Origin: Fimbriosthenelais zetlandica
Taxonomy: Eukaryota
Reading direction: 5' to 3'
NCBI GenBank assembly: GCA_977030845.1
Contig: OZ365113.1
Coordinates: 31,186,001-31,250,000 of the forward strand
DNA: 64,000 bases
Position numbers and translations under genes: made by a program. Numbering within the stretch: the first letter of the stretch is position 1; every line of letters begins with the position of its first letter. A model generated the notes under the pieces. It worked only from the letters and a program-made list of their open reading frames with translations. It did not search any database and was not told the DNA's origin. Below are positions 52,007 to 63,030 of this stretch, one piece after another.

Positions 52007-55000
52007 TCACACAGGTAAGGGCAATAATCACCAAAATGTATAAATTTGGGGAAATTCCAGTATTCAACTTTTTCCATATTTATTTACCTATGGTGAGGCA
52101 TTTTGAGGTGAAATGAAGAGGCAGAATATGCACAAACACATATTGCCACCTGCCTCAGTGACAACAAACACTAATGTATCTCTTTGTCTGTGCGGTTGTT
52201 GCCAAGCCAAAGTGCAATAGTCATCATAACCATAGAAGCCAGATAGAAGCCATTCTTCCCCGCCATGAAAGCTTAACCCATCCATCCACAGGGGTGTTAT
52301 TTTCTCCCCCTTTAAATCCCACAAATCTAACCTGGCCTTGATAAAAAATATATCCCCCCAAAAAACAAAGCCCTTCATCTAACCCGGGGGTTATAGGCTT
52401 ATCCCGGGTGAGGCGATGGTTGAGGATTTGGGGTGACAGGTATTGAAGGGGCAGGGATGTCGTGGTCTGGGCATGGAAAAAATGGCGGCCATGTTATGTG
52501 GCTGCTTCACCTCGGAGGCCGAGCTAATTAGAAGGCGGGCATGATGGATCAGGCCTCGCCCCTCACACTCTCACCCTCAGACGATGTGTTTCCTCTCACC
52601 ACCACAACCAGCAATCATTCCAAAGCCAATAAAAGACCATTGGAACTGTGTATGGATAAGTCATAATCTATAGACATGGATTATGATCTGTGGAGTATGT
52701 ATGAGGTTTTCGGGTGGGATTTGATCATTAAAAAAGGTTGTTGTGAGAGGTAAGAGGGGAAGAGTGAACACATAAGCATACACGACTCATGCATCGACGA
52801 GTCATCAGTGGGCAACACATCGCAATGCTGACAGGGCTTCTCAGAAAGGCCTTCTCCCCCCACTATAGCCAGGCCTGGCATGGCACATTGCTGTAACCCC
52901 ATCACTTCTCCTCCCATCTCACCTTCACCTCTCACCCTGTATAGCGGCCAAGGTCATGACATGGGTGGGGTCAAAGGTCAGCTCTAGCGAGCAGCTCCTC
53001 GTGGGAAGTACACCTGCGGTAGGAGCGGAGGAATTGCAATTAAAGCCATGTGTTTGGGTGATAATGAGTGAATCTATGGGTGGCATAGGGCAGGCGGGTA
53101 TAAAAGCTGCATGCAGCACTGTTTTAGGCTGACTTCAATCAATAAATGCCACGGCCATATCTCACACACTGCCCTCTTCCTCCTCAGGCTCATCGACTGG
53201 GAAAAAAAAGGTTGGGGGTCGAGGCATGTGTTTTGTAAATGAAAAGCAAGGGGAGAAATTCTCAGGGTGCAGGTAGAAGACCCCCCGTTGAGAGAAAGAT
53301 CAGAGACCTCATGAAACGCATGGTACCGTGACAGGAATGATTGCTGACATTCATAGACTTGTATGATGAAGGGGGGAATACAGGCAACATTAATGTTACT
53401 CAAATTCCCTGATGTTTCTAATTGTAAAATGATAAGATACAGAATGTTGGGGAGAGAATGGGAGAAAGAAATCAAATAATGTTGGGTTATTTTGAAAGGA
53501 ATCACCAACAGTTTATCATATGGTCATCGAACTATTATAATAAAAGGGTGAAGTTCCATAAGTTGTAGGAGTGTGATCTTAAGAACTTTTAAGACATGGG
53601 TTTAAGACATGATCCTAACCTTCTATGAGATTAGGAAATGTGATTGATAAAATATTATAACATTTATAGCAATAAAATATTGTTAATACCGGATTAAAGG
53701 TAAAACGGCTTCAACCAAAATGTAAAATGCAGATGGCAGATATGAATCATGGAGATAGGATTGCTTTTCCTTACACCATCTAAAACAAAAACCCCACACT
53801 ACTCTATCTCCTTAGGTAAGACCATGTTTTAAGTCGTGCTCAGAGATAGTAATTAATCATAATTATAAGCGCTATACATTTTCATAATAGCATCGAGCAG
53901 AGGAAAAAGAAGCAAGCTTTCTGATGTTGGACATATATGTGCAGGGAAAATGGAAGCACTTTCTTAATTGAATGAACCATTCAATAATTAGAGGCCTAGG
54001 GACAAAATATCATGTTGACAGAAATCAATTAGTAAATTAGTAGCATGGGCATACATGTACAAACATGCAGGCCATGGCTGCCTACATGCAGGCTTCTCAG
54101 TTACCCATATTATATATAAACATATATCTTAATCATGATGCTATATCCAACAGAATAACACATTTCATAATCACCTAAAAATCAAATTTAATAAAAATTA
54201 CTAAAAATCCAGGCCTAAAAAGTGAGATCAAAGTTGTGAAGTATTACTGTATCAAAATGATGTCAGGTTCATTAATTGCATGATAACCTATATACCTGTA
54301 TTCATACATATCTTCAATATCTATTCATCATAATTATCAGACTTCTGTGATACACCTCGATCAAAAAAATAGAATAATTTAGCTTATATCTCATAAGAAA
54401 CTGTCGTATATTACTACTTAGGTAATTTACCTCTCAGATGGAATCCAGGGCCCGCTTTGTTCTCCCACCAAAGAAAAAAGGTCGCTAAGGCAGTCTCCGA
54501 TTACCTGAAAGCGATAGGCAGTTGATTCCAGTAATTAATCTTCGCCTTTCATCAGGGAATTGCATCCTCTGTATGCGCACGTTTTTACCTTGGAATTATG
54601 ACTGGGATATGCGCCTGTACGCCCTAGAAAGAAATTAATGACATGAGCTAAAGACAGACTGTATTTGAAGGGAAAGAAAACGACAGGTAGAAGAGAAATT
54701 GAGAGATGTAATCCAACCAAATGAAGATAGACCATTCAAGTTCTAAACATGATATATCATAGGAACAATATCATTAATATCAATATCATTAACTGTATAT
54801 CAATTGTACAAAAATGTAGATTATGATACAAGTATGTGTATGGTATTTTGTGGCTTAAACTCGCAATGTTTCAATGCATAGACTGAATGTTTTACCTGTG
54901 TATATGAAATATGAGAGTAAGAAATTATCTTATGGCCTCAAGGATAATATCAATACAGCCCATATATCTTTTTTCATTATCGAGACAATTAAATTGCCAT

Positions 55001-57902
55001 GGCAAGGAGCTACGACTGAATAGAACTTTCTTCCACATTGTAATAGATCTTAGACATATACACACACCAGCACAACTTTCCAATTATACCTACTTATTAC
55101 AACATTGCATGCTATAGAATATCAAGAAGGAAGCCTAATTAGGATAGGACAATAAGGAAAGGCAATTGAGGCTAACAGCAATTCCTTGTGGTCATGGCTT
55201 TTTTAATACAAAACTCTGGGCGAGCTAAAGCAATGTGAGTAGTATATGAGATAGGCACGATAGGCTGGCAATCAGTGCATTATGTATAATGCACCTAATC
55301 CATACTTGATTGTCTCATTTGTGTGATATCTCGTATCAGTCCATTTCTGCCTTCATTTATCTCTCATCTATTCAGGGATGATTGTGGTGGGGGGTGTGGT
55401 GGTGATGGTCAAAGTGGTGGCATTGGAAAGCTATAGTTCTGGGGGCCACACCGTTTCATATATTGCCTATACCACGTACTACCCCCCACCCACTGACAAC
55501 CTATTTTTTCCAGGATGATACATACATCCCTTTCTCAATAATTAGTGTCATTCCATTTGCTCCCGGCTATTGCCTATTGTTAGAATCTTGATTGCGGCTC
55601 ATGCTTTTGTTTCACCTGTTACCATAGTGAATCATGGATTCCCAGCAGCCCAGATGAATGGCAATGACACAGTTTCCTGAGACAACAAGGGGGTTATTCC
55701 TGTCGCTTCTGCCTAGTACCGAGTTGACCTCTTCATCTCCCTCTTCTGTCAATCCACCCAACTACACCAAGCGAGGAACCATTTCCATCAATCTCTTTTT
55801 GAATGGCCAGATCCCTGAGGGAGTTTCACGGGTTTTAAGGGTGGTTTAAAAGGCTGCTTTTTCATCGCCATCTATTTCCTTTTATCTTATTTCCTTAATA
55901 CTCCCACATGTATAGGTTATTTAAGAGGCAAAATATACAAAAAGTTCCGGTGATTATCTTTTGTGATAAGCTAAGGAATTCATAAATTAGCGACTGGGCA
56001 CAAACACAAATTTCAAGATCAAAGCAGTGGGCTTGATACTACACATTTTCCCCTCCAACATTACCATGAAAGAATTCATATATTACGATCAAAGACTTGA
56101 TTTAATTAAACATAATTTTTGCATAAAAAAATCATAGATGAACTTATTCTTTGATCTTCCCAATATAACATAGAGACAATTATATAAATGTTATATTCCT
56201 TTGGATTTTTTGTCTAAACTAGACCACAGAAATAAACTAAAGTGTCATTCAGTGTGGACCTCTAATATGGCATAACAAAAATTGCTCTTTCAAATAAGTG
56301 TCAACTACAGTGGTGTTAGACTGAAGCACTCCACCCACGAGCCAGCAGGCCTGCGGACATTTTGCCAAGAGGGAACTGACACCCCAATCAATGTGTATAA
56401 TTGCCACACATTGATAATTTGGAAATTGCTTGCCCCACATAGACTTATCATAAATCCACATCTAATTGACCCAATTTCTGTATACTGGATCCATGGTCAG
56501 TCGGGGGCCGCGGGTACAATGATCTGGGTAGGTAATTAGCAAGCGTGAATTGGGTGCCTGTTTTGTGTCTCTGGTCGAGGCAATATCGTGCTGAGGTCAT
56601 GTTACCCCATTGACTTCTCCAATATGAGGGGATGGGATTCTTATGGCTGTCACTGTGCAAGGATAATTAACATCGTATTCGCACTATATATGTGATCAGA
56701 AATAAAAAAGCAAAGAAATTTCTTTTTTCTCAAAGAGAAGAGATCACATTTAGAGAGATCGTTTAGGGGCGAAATTAAAAATTAATTATATAACATTTTA
56801 CCATAATTAAGATAATTAAAAAAAGATAATTATGTTGTCTACTGGTTTACATATTTTATCATTCGTAATTCCTATTTCCAGTATAATGACTGCATGTGTG
56901 AAAGCATTAACCCAAAACAAATATATGGCACTCCCCTACTAAAGAATCTACTTGTATGGTAGTCCTAACAAGAATTAAAATTGACCTCTTATCAAAGTCT
57001 TCGCTATCTTCAACTAAACAACTTTATGCCTTCTCCCTTTCTATCCAGATCTTTACTTGTATTTAAAGTTTAAGTGAGATTAATTCTAAATTTTAATTAT
57101 CTCAGTCCCAATAAAGCTATATTAATGGGTATGTGCAACAGAGGGGCCTCCCAAAAATCTAGATTTATTTCATCTCAAAGTAACAACTCTTGCTGGTGTT
57201 GGAGGCTATCATTAAAGAGGCCTAATTCCCTGACAGCCCGCCCAGCCTCCAGGGGTCGCTATGATATAGAACAGCCTATAAACTATCGGGGCAAATTGAC
57301 ATTAATCAGACAAGCGCTAAGGATTTTTATCCTCCAAATTTGAGATAAGAGCAATAGGCTTAAGAGCAGAAGGCAAAAAGAAACAAGTCACTTTTTTGTC
57401 AATTCTTGATACAATTAATCAGTGTGTGCGGGTATAACGATGGGAATTATATTTTATAATTATAAATATAATGGGAATTGTAGGCCTAATTATGATTTAA
57501 TCATCAAGCACAATGCTCTTGCACTATAGTTGTGCAATAGGCCTACTACATTGAAAATATAGACATGAGGGCTATAGGCCTAGTTTAGACCTGAAAGAGC
57601 AGCCTCCCATTGTGAGAATTCATCCCGATATTAATAAAATTGTATGAGTAGTAACATATAGTAGCAATATGCATAATTATAGACATTCATATTTTGATAA
57701 CATGTAGGCTAGGCCTACTCATCCTGTAGGATAGGCCTACTAGGCCAAGGGCCTATAGCTTACCTGAACCGGATAAGATATTAGCACCTACCGGTAGCCT
57801 ACCTCGTCGACAGAGATATTAATTGAGAATTTATGCTCAAATCAATGCATGAGTTTAAAATAGGCCTACCATAGGCCTACGTTTTGTTCAATGGGTAACA
57901 AC

Positions 57903-57946
57903 CATAGATATATAGTCTCTCCACGTGTGGAGACTATATATCTATG
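57903..57946. mobile_element. 44-bp minimal non-autonomous DNA transposon (hAT- or P-type) with perfect TIRs and 8-bp TSD
   Basis: CATAGATATATAGTCT...AGACTATATATCTATG are perfect 16-bp TIRs with CA...TG ends. GTAACAAC flanks both sides as a direct repeat (57895-57902 and 57947-57954). Confidence 0.8.
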
Positions 57947-58389
57947 GTAACAACTGATGCAGTGACACCCAGCTGTGACAGACTATGGGAAGGCAAATGC
58001 GCACATCTACCTTACCTAGGCCGAGGTCTACATTGCGGATATCTTTCAGGCAGGCCCTATTCATGTAGTAGGCCTACATAGCCTACCAAGGTAGGCATAT
58101 TCTTTATTTCTTAACTTTGAACCAATATAGTATCATTTTTAAGTGAGGGAAATGTTCCATTGCTATAAATTAAACTGTGTAGTCTACAATACATCTGACT
58201 TTCCATAGGCTGCAGCACATGAGCAGTGCTCAATCACATGGTCGGGGAAAACAAGACCCGGCATCACTCTTTTCCAGTGTTGCACCGTAATAACATGATT
58301 TCACATCTCCTATCAAACTCGCTTCACTTCTCCATCCTCAAAATATTCCACATTCCGAATGTCGTTGACATAGATCAATTAAAACTTAC

Positions 58390-58480
58390 CCAAAATCCTA
58401 GAAAACCATGCGGTGGAGTCTCGTTCAGTAAACAGTGACGGCCATGTTGTATCCATCCATCCCATAATAGACTGCAGCCA
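58390..58480 (-). other. candidate non-coding first exon, minus strand (possibly thtpa exon 1); TSS approximate
   Basis: Donor TGG|GTAAGT at 58390/58389. YY1-like AACATGGCCG at 58448-58439 inside the exon. CpG-containing context. Confidence 0.45.
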
Positions 58481-58760
58481 GGGTCGGGTCGGTGCACCGA
58501 GAAATACACGCCCTTGATTTTCCACAGTAATTAATTTGTGAATAATTGATTGACAACCTCAAATAAATGTCTCTCATTTGAGAAGGGATTCTATAGGCAC
58601 AGTGCTAAATATCTAGAGGAATTTGAACACTTGGAAGCGGACTGATTATTTTTGGCGGAGAAGAGCGGTGAGCAGTGAGTGTGGATTGATCGTCTGCAAG
58701 TTGTGTGAGTGAGTTGACACGAGAATCACAGAGCCGCGTTCTCAACATAAGGACAAGTTT
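58430..58760. promoter_or_regulatory. candidate bidirectional promoter core
   Basis: CpG-containing block between two divergent donor-terminated segments. Contains CACGCCC (KLF/SP-like, ~58507), TGATTGACA (PBX-TALE-like, 58547-58555), TTTTGGCGG (E2F-like, 58650-58658) and a YY1-like site. Confidence 0.4.
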
Positions 58761-58767
58761 GGAGTTG
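58670..58767 (+). other. candidate non-coding first exon, plus strand; TSS approximate
   Basis: Donor TTG|GTAAGA at 58767/58768 downstream of the putative promoter core. Confidence 0.35.
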
Positions 58768-59142
58768 GTAAGAGCTATTTTCCGCTATGTCATGTTTCTG
58801 ATAATTACGAAACTGTAATTAGTCGCCATTATCATTGACTCGTGGAACGAGAAGGGTGAATGAGTGAGAGGAGGAAGCAAGGGACCATGTCAAACGCTCA
58901 GGTGGGTTCGGTGAATTCACGTGCTAATTTGGATCTCCATTAGCGGTGCCTGATGACCATTACTTTTTTGGTAGAGTCAGATGGCAGGGAGTTGGAGGGG
59001 TGAATGTGTTGGGCTCGTTCCCTAGATTTCATGTGATGCCAATGCTAACCTAGATAATCTCAGCTTCCAGACGGTCTGGCATTTTTAATTCAAGATTTTA
59101 AATCGCTTTAGTTTATCATTGATGAGCAGCTGGGGTGGGTCG

Positions 59143-59228
59143 GGGGAATCCCCAGCTGGCACGTGTCGGAACTATTTTCTCAAAGGGGTTCCCCATATAA
59201 AACGGGGGTTTCTCTTACGGAAACCCCT
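59143..59228. promoter_or_regulatory. cluster of kB-like sites
   Basis: GGGGAATCCCC (59143-59153), GGGGTTCCCC (59185-59194), GGGGTTTCTC (59205-59214) and minus-strand GGGGTTTCC (59227-59219). Confidence 0.4.
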
Positions 59229-60186
59229 CCATGCTGGCTAGGCAATTGCATCTCTGAATCAGTGAATGTAAAGGATCCCCCTTCTTTTGCCTGCTAGTGT
59301 AAACGTCAACATGGCATTGGCTAGACAGGCTAGCAAACAGGAGTTGAGGGTGGGGGGTGCTGTCTCTAGCCATCACCCCGGCTTGACCCAGTTCACCTCC
59401 CCGGGTCTTGGGCCACTCATTGCGGTCAGCGTTTGGCACTGGACTCGGAATGTTGATGGAGAGGAGCAGCATCAGCAGCAGTGAGTGGTGCGATATGGGT
59501 TTTCGGTCTGTTCCAGAAAGGCAATCGTTCCACTCGAGGCCTAACTGTAGGCCTATCGCGTTTGGGAAATGATTGCAGCAGGGCAAGAGGACCCATTCAT
59601 TCAAACTCAAAGACACGAGTGTGTGATGTCATGGCATAGGCCCCCATGCCTAGGTCTAGGCTTAGACCATTTAAAAGGTCTAGGCCTGTAGGCCTACCCC
59701 AAAAAGGGGGTGAGATATGGACCGTTTGGGTGATCACAAATGGGCGGTTCTGGACCGATCACTTCCCTAGCCTACCACACTTTACCCCCACTGCTCCTAT
59801 TCCCACTTCCCCATCCCCAGCCTCCCACGCCCCCCATCCCGCCTGCTCCTCCCACCACAGTCTAGGCTCGCCCCCGCCTTTAGTCTAGTCACTTGTCGCG
59901 CTCTCTAAGCCCATAAATACATGTCAGTCTGACAGTTTCAGACGAGTCAAACTTTTTGTGTGGTTGGAATTCAATGCCTTTCATGCTTCTTGTAACCAGT
60001 TGTAAACTTGTGGTAGGAAAACATGTATGACCTAAAGGTGTGGACACTAAAAGAAAGTGTTATTTAGGCCAATGCCTGTAGGGCCTACAGGCTACCTAGG
60101 CCTAAAATTCATCTTAGACTAGGTTAAATATTATTAGGCCTAATTATTGAAAAAAAATTGTATTCACTGTCCCTTCATTGACTTTA

Positions 60187-60210
60187 TTTTTTTTTTTTTT
60201 TTTTTTTTTT
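60187..60210 (+). repeat. poly-T run (T24)
   Basis: Direct reading. Confidence 0.95.
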
Positions 60211-61626
60211 ATTAAACCAATTTTTTTTAATGTTTTCATGACCTATCCATTGTCATTGTTTTTTAACATAAGAGTAGGGCTCCCATTTGTTTGTGAGTGC
60301 CCGGCCCGGGATGACGAGGACCTGTGGTGAATAAAATACCAGGAAGAGTCACTAGCCTTGGTTAATAGAATGAGAGAATGATTGGCTTCTTAAAGACCTT
60401 TTTATCACTGATTACCTTAGCCTGACCATTGATGACTAATGATCTTGAATTCCGATACACTCTGGCTTATTCATCCGTCGTGATTGTAAAGGAAACCTCC
60501 CAGAATTGAGTCAGGGTTCATAAGACATCTAATTCAGATTTCATTATGAGACACTTTCATTCTCATACGCCTGTAACTTATTGGTAAAATATTTCCTGAT
60601 AGGCCTAGGCCAATATTTTATATTATAATAGGCTATACAAAGTTGACACCATGCTGACATGAGTTAGGCCTAATTAATTACATGTATAAATGATTCAATT
60701 TTTCTTTCTCTTTTTTCCCCTTTTTTTCTTTTAGTAGGGGCCAAACTTTTCTACGCCTTAAGCACTGCCCCAAATTAACCCCCTCCCCTTTCTCCCACCC
60801 CACCCCCAACACACCCACCCACTCCAATTTCTTCTGCTCTGATGTATACTAAAGGGATAACGATTTATACAAAGCATCCATAAAATGGCCGACTTAGCCC
60901 ACAAGAGACAGTGTTATCAGGCCTTCCAAAGTTGGCCCAGTCGTGACGAAAGCAGCATTCCCAAGATCAGGAAGACACTGGCCATTTAGTCGTACAAAGA
61001 ACCTTCTTTACCCAGGCCTTTTTCATCAGCACTACTGTAATGACTTCGATTAATTTCCCTCTGCCTTCTATCTTGTCCCTCCTCCTTTTAATTTGCCAGG
61101 ATTTTCGCCCTCCACAGTTCGTGGCCTCAGATTCCATGCCCCACCCCCTCCCCTCCCACTCCCCAAATCTTGGTTTTGTTCCTTTTAACAAAACACTTAA
61201 GGAATGGCTGGATTTGCCACACTTTTACTTTTCATAAAAGCTCTATGGCTATTTCAATGTGTGCGTATGTATGAAGAGATAGCGGAAGGGGAGAGCGACT
61301 AAAGAATAGGAAAGAGAGGCGAAGGAAAAAAAGCGTTTCCAATCAGTGGCATTATTTTCCAGGCGTCATATGAGGAGGGGAGAGGCAAATATGAGCATAA
61401 AGCATTGACGTTTATGTATTGATTGTCTTGTGCGGTGTTGCAGGCGTCGTTAGAGGCTAGGACCGTGCTCAGCACACATGCCCCGATCAATGCAGGTAGA
61501 TCAAGTAGCCATTAGACAAATTGAAAGCGCTAGGAAAAAAAAATTGGGGGGACGAAACAATGGGCCCCTTCTGTCGACGTGTTGGTCTGCTACTGCTAAC
61601 CTTCCAACTTTGTCTTTTTCCAAAAG

Positions 61627-61803
61627 GTCACGACCTATAACGATACCACCCGGATGTGACGTCACGGGGGGAGCGACACCGCTGGTGATGGACGTTAATG
61701 AGTGATGGAGGAGAACGAATAGGAGGAAGAAAATCAGAAATAGAGGGAGGAGAGAAAATGGCGAGAATACAGTATAGAAGCAGACCCGGACCATTAGAGC
61801 GAG
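61627..61803 (+). other. candidate internal exon (177 nt) of a plus-strand gene; 5'-UTR, possibly containing the start codon at 61758
   Basis: Branch point TGCTAAC (A at 61599), polypyrimidine tract CTTCCAACTTTGTCTTTTTCC, AAG ending 61626, donor GAG|GTAAGT at 61804. All three frames contain stops, so it cannot be fully coding. AAAATGG at 61758 opens MARIQYRSRPGPLER up to the donor (phase 1). Confidence 0.55.
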
Positions 61804-61895
61804 GTAAGTAGGCTGTGACGTATGCTTCACGTCATGACACCGCGCGTCATTAATGAGAATATTGTCTTTGCGATTAGTATCGATCTCTGCCACCC

Positions 61896-61911
61896 TCGCC
61901 TGGGGGCGCTG
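61896..61911 (+). promoter_or_regulatory. CTCF-like motif
   Basis: TCGCCTGGGGGCGCTG versus CCRCCAGGGGGCGCTG (two mismatches). Confidence 0.3.
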
Positions 61912-62381
61912 ATGAGCGAGAGCATTGACAATTTGCATGGATATTATTATGCGCGGGCATGAGCCCAATATGAGTGGGGGAACAGCAGGAGTGGGCATCT
62001 AATTTGTGCCTTCTTCACTGCTCCTGGGCTATATTTCTCTATCTGTATTTTCATGTCTTTCCCTGCCCTCTGCATTTTTTATTATTTAACCTCCAATGTT
62101 GTTAACATGGAATCTCTCATAGATCTATTCTCTTTTCCCTTTGATGTAGGCTATTGATATAATGTCATACTTTTTATTGTTGATATTTTTTCAGGAGTAA
62201 TACCTTTTTCAGTAAGCCTACCGATATGCTTGACCAATGTGTGTTTTTTTTCAAGAATTTTTTTTTCTTCGGTAGTATGTTTTCTCTTGGTTTTATGTAT
62301 TCCTATGCCCAATGAATTATAGATGATGTAGGTGATGTCTCAAAGCATTATGGTTCCACTGAAAATCTTGTAGCCTATATA

Positions 62382-63030
62382 GGGGTGGGGGATGGGAGTG
62401 GGGGGTTGGTGAGCTGTTAGGGGTGTGGGTGAGGGGTGAGCTATAGTTGGGGGGTGGGGTGAGCTATTGGGAGTGGGGGGTGAGGGGGTAAATGGCTGTG
62501 CAGTGCCTGTGTTGGCCATACACCGTGTCTGGGTGACATGATCGGCAAGGCACATGCTCAGAGAATGGCTGGTGGCGAACATGCGATACCCCAAGAGAGC
62601 TAGCATTCACATTACTCATCTCACATCTGTACATTAAGGCCAATGGGGTGGAGTGGGGTGTGGTGGCGGGGTTGGTGGGTAGGTGAACTGGGGGGTGGGG
62701 GTGAGGTGGGTGGGTGGGTGGGGGAGATATGGGTTGTTGGATGGCATCTATAGTTATGTCTTATAAAGACGGTGGTTGGGTGAGTGGTGGGGGTTTGAGA
62801 GGCGATGGGGTCGGGGAAAGGTAGGGCGATGGTTAGGTAGGGAAGAGATATAACATAAAAAAAATGAAGAGGAGACGGAGGGAAGGGGGTTGGAGGAGGT
62901 TGAATGAATGGGAGTATGAAAATATTGCTGAAACAGTGATGGAAATGATGAGAGGGCCATGTGTGGGAATGAATGGGTTGGGGTGGGGGTGGGGGTTGGT
63001 AGGGGGTTGGGGTTGGTAAGGGATGGGGGT
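62382..63030 (+). repeat. G/T-skewed low-complexity tract (GGGGT/GGGTT variants)
   Basis: Dozens of G3-G6 runs on the plus strand, interrupted at about 62490-62640. It generates spurious Pro/His/Thr ORFs on the minus strand. Confidence 0.9.

Noticed and set aside
7150-62970. Scattered Su(H)/RBPJ GTGGGAA sites
   Set aside because: About seven seen on the plus strand, unclustered and with no paired-site arrangement; not clearly beyond chance.
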